Below, in pieces: positions 50,102 through 58,117 of a DNA stretch of 64,000 nt. Position numbers and translations under genes: made by a program. The first letter of the stretch is position 1. Each line of letters begins with the position of its first letter. This DNA is from Nitrospirota bacterium (GTDB lineage Bacteria; Nitrospirota; Nitrospiria; Nitrospirales; Nitrospiraceae), in contig JAUXQT010000035.1 in assembly GCA_030682135.1 (NCBI GenBank), positions 1,022 through 65,021 on the forward strand, given 5' to 3'. Below the pieces are notes generated by a model. The model made no database searches and had not been told where the DNA came from. It saw nothing but the letters and a program-made list of their open reading frames with translations.

Positions 50102-50166
50102 GCATGATAGCGCACTTGTAGGGAGAAGAAAACCAATGGGAGCAGATCACACCACGCGCATGGGAT

Positions 50167-50326
50167 GGTTTGTCTGGTTCCTCTGGTCTTTCTGGTTTGT
50201 TTTGTTTGTCTGGTTGGTCTGGCTTGTTTTATTCAGTGAACCAGAGAAACCAGATCAACCAGAAGAACCAGACAAACCAGATAAACCCATCGGCGGCCAA
50301 TAGGGACGGACCGTCAGATGCGGGAG
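50167..50326. repeat. RepC copy F (best-preserved)
   Basis: Six units NNTCTGGTT, spacer ATTCAGTG, then GAACCAGAGAAACCAGATCAACCAGAAGAACCAGACAAACCAGATAAACCC, tail ATCGGCGGCC..GGACCGTCAGATGCGGG. Confidence 0.85.
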
Positions 50327-50477
50327 GGGCGATGAAACATGGCGAATGGCCGGTGTGTTCTTCCCATCAGTCCATTGTGTTAGCCTGTGAGGGAAAGGGA
50401 TCGATCCCATCAACCAGTGTGCTACCGGCTTTGGCCGAGTGCCCGGCCCGACAAAAGCGGGAGGGAGATCTGGATAG

Positions 50478-51164
50478 ATGATACGTCTTGTCTTGCTGGT
50501 GCTCCTGGCCGCGGTGGTCATTGTAGGTCCGCAGCTCTGGACCAGGCGGGTCTTTGCCCGGCATAGTGCGCCCCGCTTGGACTACCCAGGAACCGGCGGA
50601 GAGTTAGCCCGGCATCTGCTCAATCGGTTCAACATGCAACACATCACAGTCGAACCGACCGAGTTGGGGGACCACTACGATCCTGTGACCAAAGCCGTCC
50701 GCCTGACGCCCGATATTTTCGGGGGAAAATCGCTCACGGCCATTACCGTGGCAGCCCACGAAGTCGGGCATGCCATGCAAGACCATATGGGCTACCAACC
50801 GCTCGCGGAGCGGACCAGGCTCGTGCGGATCGCGCAGGGAGCGGAAAAGGTCGGAGTGATCATTATGATGGGCATTCCAATCGCGGCGGCAGTCGCGCGA
50901 ACCCCGGTCGCGGGTGTCGTCGTCATGGTGGCCGGATTGGCGACGATGGGAATCTCCACGCTGGTCCACCTCGTCACGCTCCCGGTCGAGTGGGACGCCA
51001 GTTTCAGACGTGCCCTGCCCGTACTCCGGCAAGGTAGTTACCTGTCGCCTGAAGACGAGCAAGGAGCTCGCCGCATCCTCACCGCAGCCGCGCTCACCTA
51101 CGTGGCTGCCTCCCTAGCCAGCCTGCTCAACCTCTGGCGCTGGCTCGCCTTCCTCCGGCGATAG
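50478..51164 (+). CDS. YugP-like membrane zinc metallopeptidase
   Basis: N-terminal TM, AHEVGHAMQ (HExxH), C-terminal TM helices. Confidence 0.75.
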   Translation: MIRLVLLVLLAAVVIVGPQLWTRRVFARHSAPRLDYPGTGGELARHLLNRFNMQHITVEPTELGDHYDPVTKAVRLTPDIFGGKSLTAITVAAHEVGHAMQDHMGYQPLAERTRLVRIAQGAEKVGVIIMMGIPIAAAVARTPVAGVVVMVAGLATMGISTLVHLVTLPVEWDASFRRALPVLRQGSYLSPEDEQGARRILTAAALTYVAASLASLLNLWRWLAFLRR

Positions 51165-51277
51165 GCTCCACCCCTTTACGCACCCTTGCACAGTCAACGG
51201 GATTGTGTGCTGCGAGAAGAGAGTCCGGCACCTTCTCGTTTTATACATGGCCTGAAGCGGTCTGCCGGTCGAAACTC

Positions 51278-51306
51278 AGCGAGTCTCTTGCGTATATGCC
51301 AAATAT
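51278..51306 (+). promoter_or_regulatory. candidate promoter/operator of higBA
   Basis: TTGCGT, 17-nt spacer, TAATAT. The inverted repeat TATGC-N8-GCATA spans the spacer and the -10. Confidence 0.4.
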
Positions 51307-51345
51307 AGCATAATATAGCTCGGGATGGCCGCGTAGAGGTGCGGG

Positions 51346-51684
51346 ATGAAGTCGATTCATTTTGTCGGAACGTCACGGGATGATATTCGCGAACTTCCCG
51401 ACAGCGCACAGGAAACGGCTGGCTTTCAGTTATTCAAAGTTCAGCAAGGCAAAGAAGCGGATGATTGGAAGCCGATGCCGACGGTCGGACCTGGAGTTCG
51501 GGAAATTCGGGTCAGGGATGAAAGCGGGGCCTATCGAGTCTTCTATGTGGCCAAGTTCGAAGAAGCCGTGTATGTGCTCCATGTGTTTGAGAAGCGCTCA
51601 CAGAAGACTGCGAGGGCGGATCTAGAACTCGGACAGAGCCGATATGCCGAACTGCTCAAGTGGAGAAGGGAGGAAGGCCTATGA
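51346..51684 (+). CDS. higB: RelE/ParE-superfamily toxin, HigB/Gp49-like
   Basis: IRELPDS...VREIRVRDESGAYRVFYVAKFEEAVYVLHVFEKRSQKT. Confidence 0.8.
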   Translation: MKSIHFVGTSRDDIRELPDSAQETAGFQLFKVQQGKEADDWKPMPTVGPGVREIRVRDESGAYRVFYVAKFEEAVYVLHVFEKRSQKTARADLELGQSRYAELLKWRREEGL

Positions 51685-52037
51685 AACGTGCCACGGTGAC
51701 AAAAGGCAGTGGAAATATTTTCCGCGATCTAGGGTTTTCCGAAGAACGGTCCGCGGAGCTGATTCTGAAAAGCAGTTTATTGCAGGCGCTTCAGGACACG
51801 ATCAGAGGACGAGGCTGGAAGCAGGCGGAAGCGGCAACCCAACTCGGCATTGACCAAGCCAAGATCTCGAAACTACTCGCCGGCCAGATGGCCGGGTTCT
51901 CGGTCGAACGGCTGGTTCATTTTCTGTCCTTGTTGGGCCAGGATGTCGAAGTCACCGTGCGGCAAGCTCCTCGCGGGCGACGCTATGGAACCGTCCTCTC
52001 TAATCTACCCAAGAAGCTCGTCAAGCGCCCGGGATAG
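51681..52037 (+). CDS. higA: XRE-family HTH antitoxin, HigA-like
   Basis: ATGA overlap with higB; GNIFRDLGF...WKQAEAATQLGIDQAKISKLLAG. Confidence 0.8.
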   Translation: MKRATVTKGSGNIFRDLGFSEERSAELILKSSLLQALQDTIRGRGWKQAEAATQLGIDQAKISKLLAGQMAGFSVERLVHFLSLLGQDVEVTVRQAPRGRRYGTVLSNLPKKLVKRPG

Positions 52038-52096
52038 AAGCCTGACTACCGCTCCGGCGAGAAAAGATCCCCGGCACCGTTTGCTTCCTGAGGGAG

Positions 52097-52312
52097 TTAC
52101 TCGCCAGCGACAAGTTCAGCTTCCAAGGGATGGTCTTTGCGAAATCGACTGACGCCAAGCACGCTAAACCCCAGCACGTGGCCCTGCTCATCGACCCGCT
52201 CCATGAGCGCATCATGTGCCGTGGCCCGCATGAAACCCGGGGCCTCACGGAACTGGACTTCAAGATAGTCCGCCTCGGGATCAAACCAGACCTTTACCTT
52301 TTCGGCCATCAC
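52097..52312 (-). CDS. DUF2283 protein (copy 1)
   Basis: KVWFDPEADYLEVQF...GHVLGFSVLGVS. Confidence 0.7.
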   Translation of the reverse strand: MMAEKVKVWFDPEADYLEVQFREAPGFMRATAHDALMERVDEQGHVLGFSVLGVSRFRKDHPLEAELVAGE

Positions 52313-52363
52313 AGCTCTCCCGCCTGATCGGGGATTAGGCAGAACAGATCACCTCGCGTTGCA

Positions 52364-52603
52364 TCACCCAGCCTTGGGCAGGTGAAACTCAGCGGTGACC
52401 GGCAAGTGGAACGTCTCCCCCTTAGCGACACGGGATGAGAAGAAGAGGATTTCGAGATTCTCAAGATCGTGAGTCTGTGGATTGAGTCGCGCAATGACCC
52501 CGTAGTCCAACTCCTCAGAGTCCTGCTCCGGATAGGCTTTGGTTTTACCGAGGTACAAAATATCGCCGGTCTTGTCGTATTCAACTGTCAGGCCCGTTTC
52601 CAT
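52364..52603 (-). CDS. DUF2283 protein (copy 2)
   Basis: LTVEYDKTGDILYLGK...LENLEILFFS; start uncertain (52603 or 52615). Confidence 0.65.
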   Translation of the reverse strand: METGLTVEYDKTGDILYLGKTKAYPEQDSEELDYGVIARLNPQTHDLENLEILFFSSRVAKGETFHLPVTAEFHLPKAG

Positions 52604-52753
52604 ATCACAATTCATCCTGAAAGTTGCCGAGCCACATACGCGGTCACAATCCAATGCCAATCAGTCAAAACTCAGGCCTGCCCCTCAATCTCCCTCTCTA
52701 CCTCTCGACAGAAACGAAGAAAAGACGGCGCAGTTGCCGAAAGCAGGCGGGCG

Positions 52754-52954
52754 CTATCCAGTGGTTTGGAACTCGACCTTCCGTGCTTCCGTCACCCGCT
52801 TGGAGGCATCCAGAATTTCAATGGAGACAAGATTGCCAGCCACATCATAATCCAGAATCACACCAGGCTTATCTTCGTCGCTTTCCGCAACAGGCGTATT
52901 GTCCTTCAGGATCATGCTCAGCGTATCGCTCGTTTTGTCGTACGACACCTTCAT
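52754..52954 (-). CDS. DUF2283 protein (copy 3)
   Basis: MKVSYDKTSDTLSMIL...GNLVSIEILDASK; ATGA overlap with the DUF4258 gene. Confidence 0.7.
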   Translation of the reverse strand: MKVSYDKTSDTLSMILKDNTPVAESDEDKPGVILDYDVAGNLVSIEILDASKRVTEARKVEFQTTG

Positions 52955-53232
52955 GGATTCCTCCAGTATTTCTCGATCTTGCTGGTCAGACATGCGGTCA
53001 CCACCTGTGCCGGGCGCCGATCGACATCCACAAAGACACGAATCAGAAACACCGTTCCAGGCGGTCCTGAAGAAACTTTCGATTGAAGGACCACGCGGCC
53101 AGGTCGAACGTCAATGCGTTGCCCCGGTGAGAGAAGTATCGCACGGACGGTCTCCTCGCTCAAGCCTCGCCGCATTAGTTCAAACCGAGCATGGTCACTG
53201 AACACATAATCTGTAATGGGCTGTGCACTCAC
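52951..53232 (-). CDS. DUF4258-type toxin-like protein
   Basis: FSDHARFELMRRGLSEETVRAIL...VFVDVDRRPAQVVTA. Confidence 0.65.
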   Translation of the reverse strand: MSAQPITDYVFSDHARFELMRRGLSEETVRAILLSPGQRIDVRPGRVVLQSKVSSGPPGTVFLIRVFVDVDRRPAQVVTACLTSKIEKYWRNP

Positions 53233-53305
53233 GAGCCGTACTCCACGGATCTACAGGCCACCTCGGAAACGAGCATGAGCAACAGCATCGGCCTTCACTG
53301 CGGCA

Positions 53306-53585
53306 GAATACATCGGTATCAATATTTTGTGAAGCGCCTGATGGCGGGATGGTCTGTCTGGTTTGTTTTGTTTGTCTGGTTGGATTAGTTTTTCTGGTTT
53401 TTCCGGTTGTGGTTTCCATCCGGCCAACCAGCCAGGCTCATCCCATGCCGTGCCTCTCGCCTTTCCCGCACGTCCCGCTCGCGCTCCTCATCCAACCAAA
53501 TGCACCACATGAACCAGAAGAACCGGACAAACCAGAGAGACCAGTCGGCAGCGTGATAGGTACAGTCAGTCAGAGGAGAGTCGGT
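53306..53585. repeat. RepC composite copy G (~280 bp)
   Basis: GAATACATCGGTATCAATATT...TCTGGTT arm, inner module CCGGCCAACCAGCCAGGCTCATCCCATGCCG..CCCGCACGTCCCGC, AACCAGA arm, tail CCAGTCGGC. Confidence 0.85.
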
Positions 53586-53603
53586 TGATGGCGCAATCCG
53601 CGC

Positions 53604-54992
53604 TCATCGCGCGAGCTTCTTTTTGATAGCAGCCAGGTTCTCAGGGGTCGAGCGCACCCGTATCGTGAGTCCCTCGGCATCATAGGCTTCGGACAAGATC
53701 CGCATCTTGGCACGGATCTCTGCCACGACCCCTTGAGCCGTAAACGGAATATGCAATTCCTCATCGACCATCTCGCTCTCAAAGAACCGCATAATGCGCT
53801 CACGGAGCGCCTGCAGATCGTCCTTGCTTCTCGTAGACAGAAAAAAGGCGTCCGGATATTCCGCCTTCAGGGCCGCGAGCTCGTCCGGTCCGAGACGATC
53901 TTGTTTATTCAACACCACGAGGCTGGGAATATCCGTGGCGCCGACTTCGGCTAACACCGTCCGCGTGACGTCGAGCTGGGACCGAAAGGAGGGATCTGAG
54001 GCATCGACGACAAACAGCAACAGCGAGGCACTGGCCGCTTCATCCAGCGTCGACTTGAACGACGCCACCAGGTCATGCGGGAGCTTTTTGATGAATCCCA
54101 CCGTATCGCTCATGAGCACTTTGGGACGCGTGTCAGGATACAGGGGCCGGATCGTGGTATCGAGTGTGGCGAACAGCTTGTCGGCCACGAGCACATCGAT
54201 GCCCGTCATCGCGCGCATCAGCGAGGATTTACCGGCATTGGTGTACCCGACGAGCGCGACCGTCAATTCGTGTTCCCGTCTCGCGCGGCGCGTCTGATGC
54301 TCGTCCCCGATCGACGCCAATTCGGTCCTGAGTTCTTTCAGGCGATCGCGGATTCTGCGCTTATCGAGCTCAAGACTCGTCTCTCCTGACCCTTTGGCTC
54401 CGACCCCCCCGCCTTGCCGCTCGCTGCCACCACCGGTTTCCCGCAAACGCGGCGCAAGATAATTAAGCCTCGCGATCTCCACCTGGAGCCGGGCCGCTCT
54501 GGTCCGCGCGTGCCGGCTGAAAATCTCAATGATGACGCCGGTACGGTCGAGCACAGGAACCCCGGCGGCACTTTCAAGATTTTTCAACTGGGACGGCGAC
54601 AGATCACAGTCCACGATGACGATCTGCGCCTGCTCGCGAGGGCCAGGTGCGGCCTCGCCGGTGTCATCCGATTCGTCGTCTTCCGATTCCTCCGTGACGT
54701 CCGAGGCCGCAGCCTCGCGCTTCGACGCCGCTTTGTGCATCGGCCGTTCAAACGCCACCGCGACTGTCCCGGAACCACCGGTCCACTGTGCCAATTCGGC
54801 GAGTTTTCCCTGACCCAGGACCGCCGCATATTTATCGGAACTACGTTTTTGCGTCACCTGGCCCACGACATGGTGCCCGAGGGTGTTCACCAGACGGGTG
54901 AGCTCTTGCAGCGAACTCTCCAGCTCCTCCACGGTCACGCGAGGGGTGCGGATCGCGACAAGTACGGCATTCGATTGTGCGGGCGTCGACAT
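53604..54992 (-). CDS. hflX: GTPase HflX
   Basis: HflX N-domain, then GYTNAGKSSL (G1), DTVGF (G3), NKQD (G4). Start uncertain (54992 or 55094). Confidence 0.9.
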   Translation of the reverse strand: MSTPAQSNAVLVAIRTPRVTVEELESSLQELTRLVNTLGHHVVGQVTQKRSSDKYAAVLGQGKLAELAQWTGGSGTVAVAFERPMHKAASKREAAASDVTEESEDDESDDTGEAAPGPREQAQIVIVDCDLSPSQLKNLESAAGVPVLDRTGVIIEIFSRHARTRAARLQVEIARLNYLAPRLRETGGGSERQGGGVGAKGSGETSLELDKRRIRDRLKELRTELASIGDEHQTRRARREHELTVALVGYTNAGKSSLMRAMTGIDVLVADKLFATLDTTIRPLYPDTRPKVLMSDTVGFIKKLPHDLVASFKSTLDEAASASLLLFVVDASDPSFRSQLDVTRTVLAEVGATDIPSLVVLNKQDRLGPDELAALKAEYPDAFFLSTRSKDDLQALRERIMRFFESEMVDEELHIPFTAQGVVAEIRAKMRILSEAYDAEGLTIRVRSTPENLAAIKKKLAR

Positions 54993-55329
54993 CGATGGAT
55001 TATCCTTGGCTACAGGTTGGTGAGGAATGTTCATGTTAACAGGGACGTTCGTGGTAAGGCGAGCACGCATCGCAGGATCTCTATAGACGCCCAACGATCA
55101 TTCCCGTGCCAACCTTGATAAGGATGAGATGGCCCGGAGAGGACAAGGCAGGCAGAGGCCATTGCAGGCGATGAGTGAACAGGCGCGATTGGCGGGAAGC
55201 CATCCGATTTGGGATTCGCCATCGGCGGCGCGGTGGGGACGAAAACTCAGATGCGGGCGTTACGTGAGGCGGCGTGACTGACGGGACGGCTTCGAATTAA
55301 GTAGCCTGGCCCCTTTTCTTCTTCGAGCT

Positions 55330-56142
55330 TTACTCCTCAGATCCCTCTGTGATCGGCCGGCGGCAGTGCTGCGTCAGAGCATGGGATACCGCATTGATGG
55401 CGTCAGTCGACAGGACCTGCGGCTCGTGGTCGAGAAATTTCCCCAGAGCCTTTGGATTGAGCACCCACACATCTTGCATGCTTCGAGGCCCAGTCCTCTC
55501 CACATACCATTCAGGAAACACCACAACCGGTCGGACCGTAAAGGTTGTTCCCCGACCATCATTCAGCAAATTGGCGAGCCACTGAGCTTGAGCGCGCGCT
55601 TGTTTGAGCGGCTTTTGAAACGAACGGCCATCCTCAAGACGAATGGCCTGACCGTCATAGAACATTTTATGGCTGCCACCCGTTAATTTGCTTCTCGTTT
55701 TCGTTTCAATCATGAAAATGCCTGCAGGCCCCACAATGGCATGGTCGATATTGAAGTTCGCACCAGGGATATCATGAAAGACCCTATAGCCCTTTCCCCG
55801 AAGCGGCTCCAACAGCTCTCCCACTACCCGTTCTCCATCTCGGCCTAATCGGAGGTTCCTGATCATCGACACAAAAGGGAGTCTCTTCCTCCAGGTATAA
55901 ATGATGGCAGCAACCGCCAGCGTGGTTGACGGGAATGGATTGGACGGAGTCGGCATCCACCAACGCAACCATTCGATACCTGCGATAAGGATCAAGAATA
56001 CCGTGACGATCGAGTCCTGCATAAATGTATCTTGCAGCTCGCTGATGCGTTCTTCTAGTGACTGTCCAGGCAGCCGGAGCGGTGGGGTCTTAAGCTGAGA
56101 GCGACGTAGTTGACGATTGGTGTTCCATGCTGAAACAGACAT
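55330..56142 (-). CDS. membrane-anchored NERD-domain protein
   Basis: Two N-terminal TM helices, then GERVVGELLEPL..GYRVFHDIP..FNIDHAIVGPAGIFMIETKT (NERD motif). Confidence 0.75.
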   Translation of the reverse strand: MSVSAWNTNRQLRRSQLKTPPLRLPGQSLEERISELQDTFMQDSIVTVFLILIAGIEWLRWWMPTPSNPFPSTTLAVAAIIYTWRKRLPFVSMIRNLRLGRDGERVVGELLEPLRGKGYRVFHDIPGANFNIDHAIVGPAGIFMIETKTRSKLTGGSHKMFYDGQAIRLEDGRSFQKPLKQARAQAQWLANLLNDGRGTTFTVRPVVVFPEWYVERTGPRSMQDVWVLNPKALGKFLDHEPQVLSTDAINAVSHALTQHCRRPITEGSEE

Positions 56143-56580
56143 ACGCTGATTCCCCCTCTTCGGATGACGAATGAGGATTCATTCTATATCGGCTAGATGT
56201 TTAGGCGTAGATAAGACACGATTCAGACTAAGAGAGTAGCAGCGGGGCGCTTAGGCGTCTGGGGGAGAAGAACGATCGGCTGAGGATCGGCCCGGTCCCA
56301 TGGCGAAACACAGGAGATTGCCAGCCTTATCCGTATGGGGATGGAAGCTGAGATGCGGGCGGTGCGCAGAGCGGCGCGACTTGCGGCGAAAGAGGAACAG
56401 GCCACCCAGCAGCGCCATTCCGAAGAGCACCCCAGCAACCTATTTCATCGTGACAGCTTCTGTTAAATGGGCCTCGCTCAGCAGAGGCGAAATCAGAAGA
56501 AGTGCGACACTGAGGCGACACGATTACCGACAGAAACGACTCCCGGGAGCGCTCCCTCTTCCTGGCAACAGGATCACTCA

Positions 56581-56790
56581 TCACGCAGGCTGATAATGCA
56601 AAACAAGCAGTTGGCGGGTATTCAACGGGACAGTCGCGTAGGTTCGTCCCTCATTATCCACAAACTCCACCTCAAACACATCCGGACCAAGTGACTCAAC
56701 CACGGTCCCCACTTGCCCACGCAGTAAGCCGCGATCAGGGATATCCTCGGTCAGAGCCACTACATCGAGTACACGAATTTCTCGATTCAT
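56581..56790 (-). CDS. DUF4926 protein
   Basis: VVALTEDIPDRGLLRGQVGTVVE...VFEVEFVDNEGRTYA. Confidence 0.65.
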   Translation of the reverse strand: MNREIRVLDVVALTEDIPDRGLLRGQVGTVVESLGPDVFEVEFVDNEGRTYATVPLNTRQLLVLHYQPA

Positions 56791-56805
56791 GATGCCTGCT
56801 CCCTG

Positions 56806-57138
56806 CTAAAGAACAAAACAAGAGGTGAATCGTGGGAAGTCCTCGCCGTGTCGAATGATCCACAAACTCCGTACCATTGCCACTTTCCCCGTACCCTGTG
56901 CCAGAAAGTCTAACGCATACCGCTGTCCATAGTCATCTGCACCGAGAAAACCAGCTTCATCGCGCAGGGCAGCCTCTAAGAGCTGGTGGCGTACGTCTTC
57001 TGCCTGGTCAGCCGTCCACCCCAATGCACGGTTAAAGACGCGAGCCTTATGCTGACCGCGAGGATGTTCGGCACTGAAACAGTAGTCGCGCAGTTTTCGC
57101 ACATCCACGAAGGCCTGTTCAGCATTGGGAAGTATCAT
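56806..57138 (-). CDS. DUF6883 protein
   Basis: KLRDYCFSAEHPRGQHKARVF...LGWT; commonly paired with DUF4926 as I recall. Confidence 0.6.
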   Translation of the reverse strand: MILPNAEQAFVDVRKLRDYCFSAEHPRGQHKARVFNRALGWTADQAEDVRHQLLEAALRDEAGFLGADDYGQRYALDFLAQGTGKVAMVRSLWIIRHGEDFPRFTSCFVL

Positions 57139-57248
57139 GTCGATCAGTCATCCAGTGCGCTCTCAGAGACATCCCGTTACAACGTGAACATGTATATCGT
57201 ATGGCGAAGGGAGATCAATCGCGTGTATGTGAGTGAATCGCCGAATAA

Positions 57249-57504
57249 GAATACATCGGCATCAATATTTCTGGAAGTGCCTGATGGCGGGAGGGTCGGT
57301 CTGGTTTGTTTCGTTTTTCCGGTTGTGGTTTCCAACCGGCCGGCCAATCAGCCAGGCTCATCCCATGCCGCGCCTCTCGCCTTTCCCGCACGTCCCGCAC
57401 GTCCCGCACGCCCCTCATCCAACCAGATCAACCAGAAGAACCAGACAAACCCAATAGACCAGTCTGCGGACTGTGGGGATGGACCGTCAGCTGCTGGCGA
57501 GGTG
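57249..57504. repeat. RepC composite copy H (~255 bp)
   Basis: Colinear with copy G; the inner module has CCCGCACGT repeated three times. Confidence 0.85.
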
Positions 57505-57555
57505 TAGAAATGTGCGACAGGCGGCGAAAGAGGAGAAGACTGCTTGCCCCAACTC

Positions 57556-57825
57556 CTAGCGAAGCGTCCGATAGACCTCACGCCGGTGGCGGACATAGTG
57601 CACCGTAATCTGTCCGGCCTCGCAATCGACTTCATAGACGATCCGATAATCGCCCACACGCAGACGATACAGTCGTTCAGCACCTTACAACTTCGTAGAC
57701 TGCGGTGGATTAGGATGAGCCGGCAAGCGGTCGATCCGGTCAAGAATGCGAGAGGCAATGGAACGCGGAATAGACTGAAGATCTTTCTCGACGGAGGGCT
57801 TGAAGCTGAGGCTATACGAGGCCAC
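57556..57825 (-). pseudogene. relE: RelE/ParE-family toxin with in-frame TAA
   Basis: My translation: VASYSLSFKPSVEKDLQSIPRSIASRILDRIDRLPAHPNPPQSTKL*GAERLYRLRVGDYRIVYEVDCEAGQITVHYVRHRREVYRTLR. The stop codon is at complement 57685-57687. Confidence 0.8.
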
Positions 57826-58027
57826 GTTTCTGAAGCCGCTTTCTCATGTCGTCAGCGCTCACGGGCTTTTCAGCCCGCCGTTCAGCCACCACCGCGAGAT
57901 CGTGCAAGTCTTCCATCAGACGAGAATACCGCTTGAGCGACAGCACCACCCCGGTTCGTTTCCCCGCGCGGTCGGTCACGTACCGTGGCCGAGGTGCCGG
58001 TGCTTTTGCAGATCGTTTAGCCAACAT
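57812..58027 (-). CDS. Phd/YefM-like antitoxin
   Basis: 71 aa; YVTDRAGKRTGVVLSLKRYSRLMEDLHDLAVVAERRAEKPVS; overlaps the toxin GTG start. Confidence 0.7.
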   Translation of the reverse strand: MLAKRSAKAPAPRPRYVTDRAGKRTGVVLSLKRYSRLMEDLHDLAVVAERRAEKPVSADDMRKRLQKRGLV

Positions 58028-58117
58028 AGTGATCTTATAACTCACTGAGGAAAGGTTGTCGAGAAGCCAGCCTACTCCACGTCCGAAGAAGAGCGCAAGC
58101 AGGACTGGCGAGGCCGA

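Noticed and set aside
56143-56580. Possible small genes in the 440-bp gap
   Set aside because: The two track ORFs (56223-56438 and 56300-56593) overlap each other antisense and are Arg/Ala-rich with no RBS. I leave the region as non-coding.
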